Part shown: positions 49,649 through 58,782 of the stretch, piece after piece
Layout of the letters: the number at the start of each line of letters is the position of its first letter
Numbering within the stretch: the first letter of the stretch is position 1
Assembly: GCA_021786385.1 (NCBI GenBank)
Contig: JAJYNJ010000077.1
Coordinates: 12,329-76,328 of the forward strand
Source of the DNA: Chloroflexota bacterium
GTDB taxonomy: Bacteria > Chloroflexota > Limnocylindria > Limnocylindrales > CSP1-4
Direction of reading: 5' to 3'
Length of the DNA stretch: 64,000 nucleotides
Position numbers and translations under genes: made by a program
Notes under the pieces: model-generated
The model's input: only the letters and a program-made list of their open reading frames with translations
The model's database searches: none
Told to the model about the DNA's origin: nothing

Positions 49649-50356
49649 ATGAGTGCTGACGACCTCGCCAACGCCCTGGTCAGCGGCAGCGCCACATGGA
49701 TGGTGCTCTCGCTCGCCGCGGTGCTGCCCATCCTGTGGGCGTTCACGCTGATCCTCCACTTCGCGCGACCGTACGTCGTGCGGTTCCTGCAGGGGCTCAC
49801 CCTCCGCTTCGGCGGCGATGTCTGGTGGCTTAGCTACGTGCTGATCCGCGACGGCCTCATGATCGTGACGCTCGCGCTCAGCATGATCTTCCTGATGCCG
49901 AACCTGTACATCGGGCTCGGCCTGCCGATCACGGCACCGCTCGCGACGGTGATCCTCTTCTGGGCGTTGGTGATCAAGCTCACGCGCGACGCCGACGACG
50001 ATCCGATCGCGTTCCGCTGGGTGAGCATCCTGCTCGTGATCGCCTCGGTCTTCTACATCGTGCCGCAGATCTATGGGGTCGAGGCCGGGGACCAGGTCGA
50101 TATCTGGAACAGCTTTGGCGGTCTCGGCTGGATCCCGGGCGCGCTGACCGCCCAGAACTCCAGCGCGAACTGGCTGAACCCGCTGGCTTGGCCGATCCTC
50201 GAGCTCTCGGTCGCGCTCTTCGGCCTGACCGGTGCCTATCTCTTCGTCCGGTTCCTGTCGCGACTCGGGCGCGACGAGGCGTCGGGGGATGAGGCAGAGG
50301 CCCCGCGAACGGCCTCCGGCGAGCTCACCTCCGCGCACCCCGGCACGGCATCCTGA
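49649..50356 (+). CDS. integral membrane protein, paralog B (unknown family)
   Basis: Clear paralogy to the previous gene (ARPYVVRFLQGLTLRFGGDVWWLSYV vs ARPYMVTNLRKFTLRLGADLWWIIYV). Confidence 0.6.
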   Translation: MSADDLANALVSGSATWMVLSLAAVLPILWAFTLILHFARPYVVRFLQGLTLRFGGDVWWLSYVLIRDGLMIVTLALSMIFLMPNLYIGLGLPITAPLATVILFWALVIKLTRDADDDPIAFRWVSILLVIASVFYIVPQIYGVEAGDQVDIWNSFGGLGWIPGALTAQNSSANWLNPLAWPILELSVALFGLTGAYLFVRFLSRLGRDEASGDEAEAPRTASGELTSAHPGTAS

Positions 50357-50423
50357 CAGCCGCGTCGGTGGGCGCACCCGGTGCTCCGGCCGTTACGGAT
50401 GACTCCCGTCGGCCTCGCCGCCG

Positions 50424-53400
50424 CTACCGTCCCGTCCCGGCGGGTGCGTACCCCGTCAGCTCCACATACGCCTCGCCGCCGAGCGGCTGGCCGTCGCGCA
50501 CGGCCGAGACCACCTGCGACCCTTCCCAGTAGACGACGCCCGTCGTTGCGCGCGTGTCGAGCTCTTGGTCGGCGACCGTGGGCCGCAAGCGGATCGTCAG
50601 CCGCTCTGCAGGCAGGGTGATCGTCCAGCCGGCCGGGTACGTCACTTCCGTGCGCGGGCTCGTCCAGCGCCCCGTCACCTGCACAGCGAACGCCGATCGA
50701 TCCAAGTGCTGCGCGGAGCCGTCGGGTTGGACCAGCGTGCCGTAGACGAGCGGGTACGCGCCGGTGGCATCGCGCACGAGCGAGAGCGTCAGGTCCGTCC
50801 CGTCGGCCAGGTTCACCGCGAACCAGTCCCACCCACCGGCACCGACCGCGATGAAATTGCCCCACTGATGGTCGAACCACGCCTCTCCCCGGACCGCGAG
50901 CTGCCGCGTGCCGAGGGTGAGGACGCCCGCGGCTGCTAGCCGCGTGCGCGAGTAGTAATAGGAGCCGCCAGCCGCGCCGAAGTCGATCCACCCGTCGCCG
51001 CCGTGGAGGACGGGTGGTCGGCCCTCCGCGTCGAGCCGGAGCTGCAGCCCGAAGCCGGCGGCCGCGCTGGTCGCGCTGATGATGTCGTGGCCGCCGATCC
51101 CTGCCATGATCCAGGGGGCGCCGATGGACGCCTGCGGCCCGGAGGAGGTCGACGGCGGCCCGGACGCTCCTGCCGACGGACCGTTCGGTGGCGCGACCGA
51201 GATCTCACTTGGGGCCCCGCGGATTCCAAGGGCAAACCCAGCGTCTGGGCCGATCCCGGGCGGCAGAGCCAGGGCACCGAGCGCCACCTTGGCATCCCCC
51301 TCCGCAGCGGGCGGCTGTCCCGCGGCCCCGGACACCTGTGCCGCTTCGACCAGGTCCACCTGTGGTCCGATCTCCGAGCGCTGGTCGTAGACGAAGCGGT
51401 GCCCCGTCTCGTCGGTCAGGGCGAGATGCGACGCCCACGAGACCGGGAACGAACCCCGCTCCGCGCGGAAGATCACGAACTCGAAGCCGAAGCGCTGCCC
51501 CGAGACCGCCTGCAGGTGACCCGTGTAGTACCACCACTCCGTGAGCCGGTCGTGCGGCGCCGCGTCGCGTGGGAACGTGAGCGGCCGGGGATCGTGCGGG
51601 GCCGTGGAGGAAGGAGAGGTCGCTGGCAGCGCTGGGCGGGGGGTCGGGTCGACGCCGAGCAGCCGCCCCTCAGGTGAGCACGCGGCGACGACGAGCGCGA
51701 GGACCGCCATCAGCGCCACCAACTGTAGGATCGCCGCCCCCTCGATGAGCGGGAGCCGCGACTCCACCCAGCGCGCCAGCCGCCGCGGTATCCACCAGTT
51801 CCAGTCCCCCAGCAGACGCATCGTCGCCGGGACGAGCAGGGCTCGCACCACCGTCGCGTCGAGCGCCACCGCGATGGCGACGCCGAGCCCGAGCGCCTTG
51901 ATCAGCACCACGTCGGCGAACGCGAACGACCCGGCCACCACGACCACGATGAGCGCGGCGCTCGTCACGATGCGGCCCGACCGTTCGAGCCCCCGCGCTA
52001 CCGCTTCCCGGTTGTCGCCGGTTCGGTCGTAGACCTCTTTCATGCGGCTCAGCAGGAAGACCTCGTAGTCCATCGAGAGCCCGAAGAGGACACAGAAGAG
52101 GATCACCGGCTGTGTCGTCTCGACGAAGCCGAGCGGCTTGAACGCGAGCAACGCCGAGAGGTTCCCGTCTTGGAAGATCCAGACGAGCGCGCCGAAGCTC
52201 GCCACGATCGAGAGGCTGTTCATGACAAGCGCCTTGAGCGGCAACACCACCGAGCGCAGCAACAGGAACAGCACGAGGTAGGTCGTGAGCATGATGAAGA
52301 GGGCCGTGCGCGGGAACTCGGCGGCCACCGCGCTCACGACATCGGCCACGTCGGCGGCGCCCCCCGCGACCTGCACGGTGATGCCCGGCGGAGGGGCCAG
52401 CGCCGACGATGGGCTGCGCAGCTCGTCGACGAGCGCCCGGAAGGCGCTGCGGTTCGGGTCGAACGGCGTGTAGACGGAGAACGTGGTGAGGTCGCCGCGC
52501 GTGGTGGCGCGCAGCTCGTTTGCCGCGAAGCGGTCCGGTGGCCCACCCGGCGCCCCGTAGAGGAGCTGGTACTGCGAGCGCGTCAGCCGCCGGTCGAGAT
52601 CCACGATCCCTTCGACGCGCACCACGCGCGGGTCGGCCGCCAGGCGGCGCGACCAGTCGTAGAGCTTGCCGATGTTGGCCGGAGCGGTGACCGGACCCGT
52701 CGTGTGGATCGCGAGCACGAGCGGGTCGAACTCGCCCGGCCCGAATTCACGGACGAGCAGGTCGTAGGCCTGCCGTGAAGGGACGCGCTCGGGCAGGATG
52801 CTCGCGTCGGGGGCGTTGAAGCGCGCGTGCAGGAACGGGGCGCCAAACAGCAGCAGGATCGCCAGTGTCGGGACGAAGACCCGCATCGGCCGCGCCATCA
52901 CCCAGCGGGCGAGCCGGCCCCAGACTCCCTCGCCCGCCGCGGCATCCGGGTGGCCGAGCCGTCGTACCGCCAACGCGTCGATGCGCGGGCCGGCGATCGT
53001 CAGCAGCGCCGGCAACAGGGTCATCGCCGCTGCCACGTCGAGCCCCACCACGATCGCGCCGGCGACGCCCACCGAGCGCAGGATCATGAACTCGAAGAGG
53101 ACGAGGCCGCTCAGTCCGAGCAGCACCGTCAGCCCGCTGAAGAAGACCGCCCGCCCGGCCGATGCCACCGTCACAGCGACGGCCGACACGATGGCGTCGT
53201 GGTCGACCTGACCGTCCGGCAGCCGGCCACCGCCCCGCCGCGTCAATTCTTCGCGGAAGCGGCTGGTCATCAGCAGTGAATAGTCGACGCCGAGCCCGAG
53301 CCCCAGGAGCGTGGTCAGGTTCAACACGAAGATGCTCATCGGGGCCAGGCTGGCCAGCACGAAGATGATCGCGAGCGAAAGCGCGACGGCGGTGCCGCCC

Positions 53401-53969
53401 ACCACCAGGGGGACCGCGGCCGCCACAGCGCTCCCGAAGACGAGCAGCAGTGCGATCGCCGCCAGGGGGAGCGAGATCAGTTCGCTGCGCCGCAGGTCGG
53501 ACTCGGAGACGCTCTGAATGTCGCCGTAGAAGGCGGGGCCGCCCGCCAGATACGTGCGGATGCCGGGCACAGGGACCAGCGCGGCCTGCACCGGCGCCAG
53601 GGCTTCAGGCGACTGGTCCGGCGGTAGGTCGAGCGAGACCACCTCGTACACCACGGTCCGGTCGGGACTGACCTGGTGCGGGTTCAGCGTGTGTCGCAGG
53701 ATCCCCGTGACGTGCGCGGCGCGCGGCACGTTGGCGATGGCCCGTGCGGCGGCCGACTCGAACGCGGGGTCCCCGGCCCGGGCGGAGGTGGTCGACTGGA
53801 TCACGACGACGAGCGCGGAGGCTGGCAGCCCGAGCCGGTCCTCCAGGACCTGCTGCGCCTTCGCCGACTCGAGCTGGCTGCTGGTGAAACCGCCGGCGCT
53901 CAGCACGCCGGGGGCACGGGGCGCAAGGGGAGCGGCGAGCAGGAGGAGTGCGGCCCAGGCCGCGACCAT
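50424..53969 (-). CDS. MmpL-family (RND superfamily) transporter fused through an extra TM helix to a C-terminal CrtC/AttH-like lipocalin domain
   Basis: Two MMPL halves, each with 6 TM helices and a periplasmic loop, and the typical end GDWNWWIPRRL. A 13th helix AAILQLVALMAVLALVVAA follows, then about 400 aa carrying the CrtC/AttH motifs TEWWYYTGHL...GFEFVIFR and AWFDHQWGNF, with no intervening stop. Start is uncertain (ATG 53969, or the in-frame GTG at 54149, which is 27 bp upstream of the osmC stop at 54176 and so overlaps it); upstream R-rich 300 aa of the track ORF is rejected. Confidence 0.7.
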   Translation of the reverse strand: MVAAWAALLLLAAPLAPRAPGVLSAGGFTSSQLESAKAQQVLEDRLGLPASALVVVIQSTTSARAGDPAFESAAARAIANVPRAAHVTGILRHTLNPHQVSPDRTVVYEVVSLDLPPDQSPEALAPVQAALVPVPGIRTYLAGGPAFYGDIQSVSESDLRRSELISLPLAAIALLLVFGSAVAAAVPLVVGGTAVALSLAIIFVLASLAPMSIFVLNLTTLLGLGLGVDYSLLMTSRFREELTRRGGGRLPDGQVDHDAIVSAVAVTVASAGRAVFFSGLTVLLGLSGLVLFEFMILRSVGVAGAIVVGLDVAAAMTLLPALLTIAGPRIDALAVRRLGHPDAAAGEGVWGRLARWVMARPMRVFVPTLAILLLFGAPFLHARFNAPDASILPERVPSRQAYDLLVREFGPGEFDPLVLAIHTTGPVTAPANIGKLYDWSRRLAADPRVVRVEGIVDLDRRLTRSQYQLLYGAPGGPPDRFAANELRATTRGDLTTFSVYTPFDPNRSAFRALVDELRSPSSALAPPPGITVQVAGGAADVADVVSAVAAEFPRTALFIMLTTYLVLFLLLRSVVLPLKALVMNSLSIVASFGALVWIFQDGNLSALLAFKPLGFVETTQPVILFCVLFGLSMDYEVFLLSRMKEVYDRTGDNREAVARGLERSGRIVTSAALIVVVVAGSFAFADVVLIKALGLGVAIAVALDATVVRALLVPATMRLLGDWNWWIPRRLARWVESRLPLIEGAAILQLVALMAVLALVVAACSPEGRLLGVDPTPRPALPATSPSSTAPHDPRPLTFPRDAAPHDRLTEWWYYTGHLQAVSGQRFGFEFVIFRAERGSFPVSWASHLALTDETGHRFVYDQRSEIGPQVDLVEAAQVSGAAGQPPAAEGDAKVALGALALPPGIGPDAGFALGIRGAPSEISVAPPNGPSAGASGPPSTSSGPQASIGAPWIMAGIGGHDIISATSAAAGFGLQLRLDAEGRPPVLHGGDGWIDFGAAGGSYYYSRTRLAAAGVLTLGTRQLAVRGEAWFDHQWGNFIAVGAGGWDWFAVNLADGTDLTLSLVRDATGAYPLVYGTLVQPDGSAQHLDRSAFAVQVTGRWTSPRTEVTYPAGWTITLPAERLTIRLRPTVADQELDTRATTGVVYWEGSQVVSAVRDGQPLGGEAYVELTGYAPAGTGR

Positions 53970-54175
53970 GGGCCAGGGATGGCGGGCGACCCACGCGCCG
54001 ACGGCGCCGAAACGACCCGACGGTTGGGCGTAGCGCGGGTCGCGGGGATGCGGCAGCCCGCTCCCACCGGGGTCCGGCAGTCCGGTCCCGCGGCCATCCG
54101 CCGGCTCGGTTGCTGCGCCCTCGACCCGGGGGCGCCCGGCATGGCCCACCGACGGCGTCCTGCTGCGGCTGGCTC

Positions 54176-54643
54176 TCAGGCCTCCCCGACGCCAGCCAGG
54201 AGCGGCTCGCAGCCCTCGCCGTCGTCGTCGCGCAGCTCGATCACGGTTTCGACCTCGGCGACGCCACGGATCGTCGCGATCACCGAGCAGTACTTGTCGT
54301 TGCTGAGTCGCACGGCGCGTTCGACGGCGGCACGGTCGACGCCTCGGCCGCAGACGACGTACGTGACGCGGACGCGCGTGTAGGCCCAGGGCGCTTCGGT
54401 CCGCTGTTCGCCGTCGACACGGACCTCGACGCCCGTCACGGGCTGGCGCGCCTTGCGCAGGATCTCGACCACGTCCCAACCAGAGCAACCACCAACGGCA
54501 GCGAGCAGGGTTTCGGACGGCGAGATGGCGTGGAGCGAGCGATCTTCGGTGGGTGCGGCCATCTCGATCGGCTGGTTGGGGCGCGCGCCCAGGGCGACGA
54601 AGGTGCCGCGCGCGGGGTTCCAAGTGACGGTGACGCGTTTCAC
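54176..54643 (-). CDS. OsmC/Ohr-family peroxiredoxin-like protein
   Basis: GTG at 54643 with GGAGGAG RBS. OsmC fold with paired Cys (VGGCSGWD ... CGRG ... NDKYCSV). Confidence 0.7.
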   Translation of the reverse strand: MKRVTVTWNPARGTFVALGARPNQPIEMAAPTEDRSLHAISPSETLLAAVGGCSGWDVVEILRKARQPVTGVEVRVDGEQRTEAPWAYTRVRVTYVVCGRGVDRAAVERAVRLSNDKYCSVIATIRGVAEVETVIELRDDDGEGCEPLLAGVGEA

Positions 54644-54832
54644 GAAGCTCCTCCGGGTCGTGGGATCGCTCCCTGGCGCACGCAGCGAGGGAGACAGGTG
54701 TTGCGTGCGAGGATAGCCCGATGTAGGATCGCCGGCCCGGCGCCCGGTGGGCTCTGCTGATTGGGCGCGCGCAGGCTCGCGGCCGGCGGCCGTGTGTTTC
54801 GTCGAGCGGCTGCCGGTATGGAGGGGGGGCAG

Positions 54833-55948
54833 ATGAGCGGGGTTCGCGTTCTGGCGGGGACCGCGAAGGGGGCATTCGTCCTGAGCGCGGACGGCGCGCG
54901 CAAGCGGTGGCAGGTGGATGGGCCGTTCTTCGGCGGCTGGGAGGTCTACCACCTGAAGGGCGCTCCCGCCGCCCCGGACCGTCTCTACGCCGCTCAGTGG
55001 ACCGCGTGGCACGGGCAACTGATCCAGCGATCGGACGACGGCGGACGAACCTGGGAGCCGGTCGGCAACCTGTTTACCTTCGACGGCCACGTGGGGAAGC
55101 ACCAGTGGTACGACGGTTCACCACGCCGCTGGGAGTTCAAGCGGGTCTGGCACCTGGAGCCTGCGCCGAACGACCCGGATCAGGTCTATGCAGGGGTCGA
55201 GGACGCGGCGCTCTTTCGCTCAAGTGACGGTGGCCAGTCCTGGCAGGAGCTTGCTGGCCTGCGGAACCACGGCACGGGGCCGCGCTGGCAACCCGGTGCC
55301 GGCGGCCTCTGCCTGCATACGATCCTCCTCGATCCGCACGACTCTCGACGGATCATCGTGGCGATCTCGGCGGCCGGGACGTTTCGGACGGACGACGGCG
55401 GCACCACGTGGCGGCCCATCAACCGTGGCCTCCGATCGGACTATCTCCCCGACCCAGACGCGGAGATCGGCCACTGCGTCCACCGCATTGCCGCACACCC
55501 TGCCGCGCCCGATCGGCTCTTCATGCAGAAGCACTGGGATGTCCTGCGCAGCGACGACGGCGGTGCGGAGTGGTACGAGGTAAGCGGCAACCTACCCACC
55601 GATTTCGGGTTCGTGGTCGAGGTGCATCCACACGAACCGGAGACGGTCTTCGTAGTCCCCATCACGAGCGACAGCCAGCATTACCCGCCGGGCGGCCAAC
55701 TGCGCGTCTATCGGAGTCGGAGCGGGGGTGGCGAGTGGGAGCCGCTGACGCGCGGCTTGCCCCAGCGCGACTGCTACGTCAACGTCCTACGCGATGCGAT
55801 GGCGGTCGACAGCCTCGAACCGTGCGGCGTCTACTTCGGGACCACCGGCGGACAGATCTACGCGTCGGCGGACGGCGGCGACAGTTGGGCACCGATCGTG
55901 CGCGATCTGCCGCGCGTCTACTCGGTGGAGGTGCAGACGCTGCGGTGA
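54833..55948 (+). CDS. BNR/Asp-box repeat protein (sialidase-like or Ycf48-like beta-propeller)
   Basis: ATG at 54833 with GGAGGGGGGG RBS. Five SxDGGxTW Asp-boxes ([40 protein letters not shown]). Confidence 0.75.
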   Translation: MSGVRVLAGTAKGAFVLSADGARKRWQVDGPFFGGWEVYHLKGAPAAPDRLYAAQWTAWHGQLIQRSDDGGRTWEPVGNLFTFDGHVGKHQWYDGSPRRWEFKRVWHLEPAPNDPDQVYAGVEDAALFRSSDGGQSWQELAGLRNHGTGPRWQPGAGGLCLHTILLDPHDSRRIIVAISAAGTFRTDDGGTTWRPINRGLRSDYLPDPDAEIGHCVHRIAAHPAAPDRLFMQKHWDVLRSDDGGAEWYEVSGNLPTDFGFVVEVHPHEPETVFVVPITSDSQHYPPGGQLRVYRSRSGGGEWEPLTRGLPQRDCYVNVLRDAMAVDSLEPCGVYFGTTGGQIYASADGGDSWAPIVRDLPRVYSVEVQTLR

Positions 55949-56241
55949 TCCGGGTTATCCTGCCGGCCCATCTCCGAGCACTAGCGCGCGCCGATCACGA
56001 ACTGCAGCTCGAGGTCGACGAGCCGGCGAGCGTGCGGCGCGTCCTCGATGCGCTCGAGGCGGCATACCCGCCGCTGCGGGGGACGATCCGTGATCCGTTG
56101 ACGGGAAGCCGCCGGCCGTTCGTCCGCTTCTTCGCCTGCGGTGAGGACCTCTCGTCGAGGGGCCCTGACGAGCCGCTGCCGGCGCCTGTCGCCCGGGGCG
56201 CCGAGCCGTTGCGCATCGTCGGCGCCATCGCCGGCGGTTGA
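55945..56241 (+). CDS. MoaD/ThiS/CysO-like ubiquitin-fold sulfur-carrier protein ending in Gly-Gly
   Basis: GTGA overlap with the BNR gene. 98 aa, beta-grasp-like, C-terminus IVGAIAGG then stop. Confidence 0.55.
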   Translation: MIRVILPAHLRALARADHELQLEVDEPASVRRVLDALEAAYPPLRGTIRDPLTGSRRPFVRFFACGEDLSSRGPDEPLPAPVARGAEPLRIVGAIAGG

Positions 56242-56256
56242 CCGACGCGGGTCGGC

Positions 56257-56574
56257 TCACCCGCCGATCACGGCCCAGATGAACCCCATGAACAGGAGGA
56301 GGCCGATCAGCAGGCCGATGAACGCGAGGCCGCCTACCGTCAGATACGAGAGCGACAAGAAGTTGATCGACCCCATCGCTACGGCCCAGACGATCAGCAG
56401 CGCGAGGAAAAGCCACCGACTGTTGCGGCCCGTGACCGCTTGCGCCAGCCTGGTGGAGCGGCCCTCAGGGACGAGCGCGACCCGGAGCATCAGGAAGATG
56501 AACCCGGCGGCGACGGCAACGGCGATGATGTACGCGATCGGTTGCGCGTAAGCTGCCTCGAACGCCTTGTCCAT
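56257..56574 (-). CDS. small three-TM membrane protein (hypothetical)
   Basis: ATG at 56574. Three hydrophobic helices. The remainder of track ORF 56257..58014 is antisense to kamA and is rejected. Confidence 0.5.
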   Translation of the reverse strand: MDKAFEAAYAQPIAYIIAVAVAAGFIFLMLRVALVPEGRSTRLAQAVTGRNSRWLFLALLIVWAVAMGSINFLSLSYLTVGGLAFIGLLIGLLLFMGFIWAVIGG

Positions 56575-56589
56575 CGGGACAACTATAAC

Positions 56590-56614
56590 AAACGGCCTAC
56601 ATCGGGAGGCCGTT
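56590..56614 (-). promoter_or_regulatory. perfect 9-bp stem hairpin (AAACGGCCT-N8-AGGCCGTTT) followed on the minus strand by a U-rich run, in the 5' leader of the small membrane protein gene
   Basis: Direct inspection; local GC drop (CAACTATAACAAACGG). Confidence 0.4.
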
Positions 56615-56747
56615 TGGCCTGTGGTCCCCGGGGGTCGCGGGACGTTGGTCTGGCTGGATGTCGAACGCCCCGGGGCATCGCCGCCCCCGCCGACCACCGA
56701 CCTGCGCCCCTCTCTGGCGGCTGCGCTACCATCTAGCACATACAGAC

Positions 56748-56764
56748 TGCATAAGAAATATGCA
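56748..56764. promoter_or_regulatory. AT-rich palindrome TGCATA-AGAAA-TATGCA in the kamA upstream region (candidate operator)
   Basis: Perfect 6-5-6 inverted repeat in an otherwise GC-rich intergenic region, about 65 bp upstream of the kamA start. Confidence 0.4.
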
Positions 56765-56829
56765 CCGGGCGCGGGCCCCAGGCCGCTGCAGCGGCGGGAC
56801 GCGCGTCGGTCGCTCGGAGGAGGCAGGCC

Positions 56830-58353
56830 GTGGAGAGGAGCAAGATCGAGGGCATCAGGCCCGGTGGTTCGCGAGGCGCTGCCGCCACGGGCGCCGCGCT
56901 CGAGGCACGCCCCTTCGTCAACCAGCGTGATCCCGCCCGCCGCCTGGGGCCTGACGGCAAGCCCGCGGTCAGCCGCCGCGCACCCATCTGGGCGGACGTG
57001 CCAGACGAGCAGTGGAACGACTGGCGCTGGCAGCTCTCGCACCGCGTCAACACCCTGGAAGAGCTCTCGCAGGTTCTCGACCTGACCGAGGACGAGCGCG
57101 AGGGGCTGAGCGCCCCCGATAAATTCCGCGTCGACATCACGCCCTACTTCGTGAGCCTCATCGACCCGAACGACCCGAACGACCCACTCCGCCGCCAGGT
57201 CGTCCCGACCGGCCGCGAGCTGCGCGCCTTCACCGGGATGATGGAGGATTCCCTCGCCGAGGACCGCCACTCCCCGGTGCCCGGCCTCGTCCACCGCTAC
57301 CCCGACCGCGTCCTGATGCTCGTCACGACGCAATGTGCGAGCTACTGCCGCTACTGCACCCGGTCGCGCATCGTCGGCGATCCCACCCAGAACTTCAACC
57401 GGCACGAGCACGAGGCACAGCTCGACTACATCCGCCGGACCCCCCAGATCCGCGACGTGTTGATCTCGGGCGGCGATGCCCTCACCCTCGCGCCGAAGCT
57501 GTTGGAGCAGGTGATCCGCAACCTGCGCGAGATCCCCCATGTGGAGATCATCCGTATTGGGAGCCGCGTCCCGGTCTTCATGCCGCAGCGCGTCGACGAC
57601 GAGCTCTGCGACATGCTGCAGCGGTACCACCCGCTCTGGCTCAACATCCACGTGAACCACCCGAACGAGATCACGCCCGAGCTGGCGCGGGCCTGCGACA
57701 AGTTGACCCGCGCGGGCGTGCCCCTCGGCAACCAGTCGGTGCTGTTGGCCGGCGTCAACGACTGCGTCCACACGATGCGCGATCTGGTCCAGAAGCTCGT
57801 CGAGATCCGGGTGCGGCCCTACTACATCTACCAGTGCGACCTGGTCGAAGGCGCCGGGCACTTCCGCACGCCGGTCGGCAAGGGGCTCGAGATCATGGAA
57901 GGACTGCGCGGCCACACCTCCGGGTTCGCCGTGCCGACCTACATGATCGACGCGCCGGGCGGAGGCGGAAAGATACCGGTCATGCCCAACTACCTGATCA
58001 GCTACTCCGACCACAAAGTGGTGCTGCGCAACTACGAGGGCTTCATCACCACGTACGAGGAGCCGCTCGACTACACATCACACGACCGCTCGAAGTGCTG
58101 GTATTGCCAACACCAGCGCCCCGAGCCCGGCCAGAAGGGGATCACGGCCCTGCTCGACGGGGACGCCATGTGGGTCGAGCCGGCCGGGTTCACTCAGATC
58201 CACGCCCGCGGCGCCACGGAGGCGCACCGGCTGCAGGACCCGTCGAAGTGGGTGCCGCTCGGCGTCGGTCCGATCGAGGGCCGGCAGGCGCCGCCGGCGC
58301 TCGGGGAGGGCGAGCCGGGCGCGCCAGCCGGCTCCGACACGGACTCCGCCTGA
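56830..58353 (+). CDS. kamA: L-lysine 2,3-aminomutase (radical SAM)
   Basis: Radical-SAM CASYCRYCTR, PLP-binding region, VPTYMIDAPGGGGKIP. GTG at 56830 with GGAGGAGG RBS. Confidence 0.85.
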   Translation: MERSKIEGIRPGGSRGAAATGAALEARPFVNQRDPARRLGPDGKPAVSRRAPIWADVPDEQWNDWRWQLSHRVNTLEELSQVLDLTEDEREGLSAPDKFRVDITPYFVSLIDPNDPNDPLRRQVVPTGRELRAFTGMMEDSLAEDRHSPVPGLVHRYPDRVLMLVTTQCASYCRYCTRSRIVGDPTQNFNRHEHEAQLDYIRRTPQIRDVLISGGDALTLAPKLLEQVIRNLREIPHVEIIRIGSRVPVFMPQRVDDELCDMLQRYHPLWLNIHVNHPNEITPELARACDKLTRAGVPLGNQSVLLAGVNDCVHTMRDLVQKLVEIRVRPYYIYQCDLVEGAGHFRTPVGKGLEIMEGLRGHTSGFAVPTYMIDAPGGGGKIPVMPNYLISYSDHKVVLRNYEGFITTYEEPLDYTSHDRSKCWYCQHQRPEPGQKGITALLDGDAMWVEPAGFTQIHARGATEAHRLQDPSKWVPLGVGPIEGRQAPPALGEGEPGAPAGSDTDSA

Positions 58354-58401
58354 ACGGGACTCCGCCCGAACGGGACTCCGCCTGAACGGAACTCCGCCTG
58401 A
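58338..58401. repeat. 16-bp tandem repeat x4 (ACGGGACTCCGCCTGA) spanning the kamA stop codon and extending downstream
   Basis: Direct inspection; each unit contains a TGA, and the first unit supplies the kamA stop. Confidence 0.85.
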
Positions 58402-58416
58402 ACGGGGGGATGGGAC

Positions 58417-58746
58417 ATGGCCCCATTGCGCCTCGGGCTCGTGCTGTGGGCTCAGGCGACGCCCTGGACCGCGATGCTGGAGGCGGCCCGAAGAGTCGAC
58501 GCCCTCGGCTACGACCAGCTCTGGACCTGGGACCACCTCCACGCGATCTACGGCGATTCCGACCAGGACTACTTCGAGGGCCCCAGCGTCCTGGCCGCGT
58601 GGGCGGCGTCGACCGAGCACGTCCGGCTCGGCCCGATGGTCGGCGCCAACACCTTCCGTAACCGCAGGCGTATGCCAAGCAGACGGCGACCCTCGACCAC
58701 ATCAGCGGCGGGCGGGCGATCGCCGGCATCGGTGGACGCGGGCTGA
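58417..58746 (+). pseudogene. truncated and frameshifted fragment of an LLM-class (luciferase-like, F420-dependent) oxidoreductase
   Basis: First 88 aa (LRLGLVLWAQATPW ... LGYDQLWTWDHL ... GPMVGANTFRN) match the LLM N-terminus. The next conserved segment AKQTATLDHISGGRAIAGIGG is present but in another frame. No C-terminal two-thirds; abuts the convergent gene at 58783. Confidence 0.5.
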
Positions 58747-58782
58747 ACGGCCGGCCGCGCTCGGCCGCTCCCGGAGGGAGAC

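Noticed and set aside
53970-54875. N-terminal 300 aa of the 1483-aa track ORF
   Set aside because: Arg/Pro-rich with no motifs, and it overlaps the well-supported osmC gene in another frame. The MmpL start was placed at 53969 (the in-frame GTG at 54149 is also possible but would overlap the osmC 3' end).
56575-56829. Lysine riboswitch (L-box) upstream of kamA
   Set aside because: The region is too short and GC-rich, and I could not find the conserved L-box segments. The AT-rich palindrome and hairpin are reported separately.
56257-58014. 585-aa minus-strand ORF
   Set aside because: Only the last 105 aa (56257-56574) look like a real membrane protein. The rest is antisense to kamA.
25289-58401. 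Possibility that the tandem repeat arrays are CRISPR
   Set aside because: Units are 15-24 bp and directly abutting with no unique spacers, and there are no cas genes. They are simple tandem repeats.
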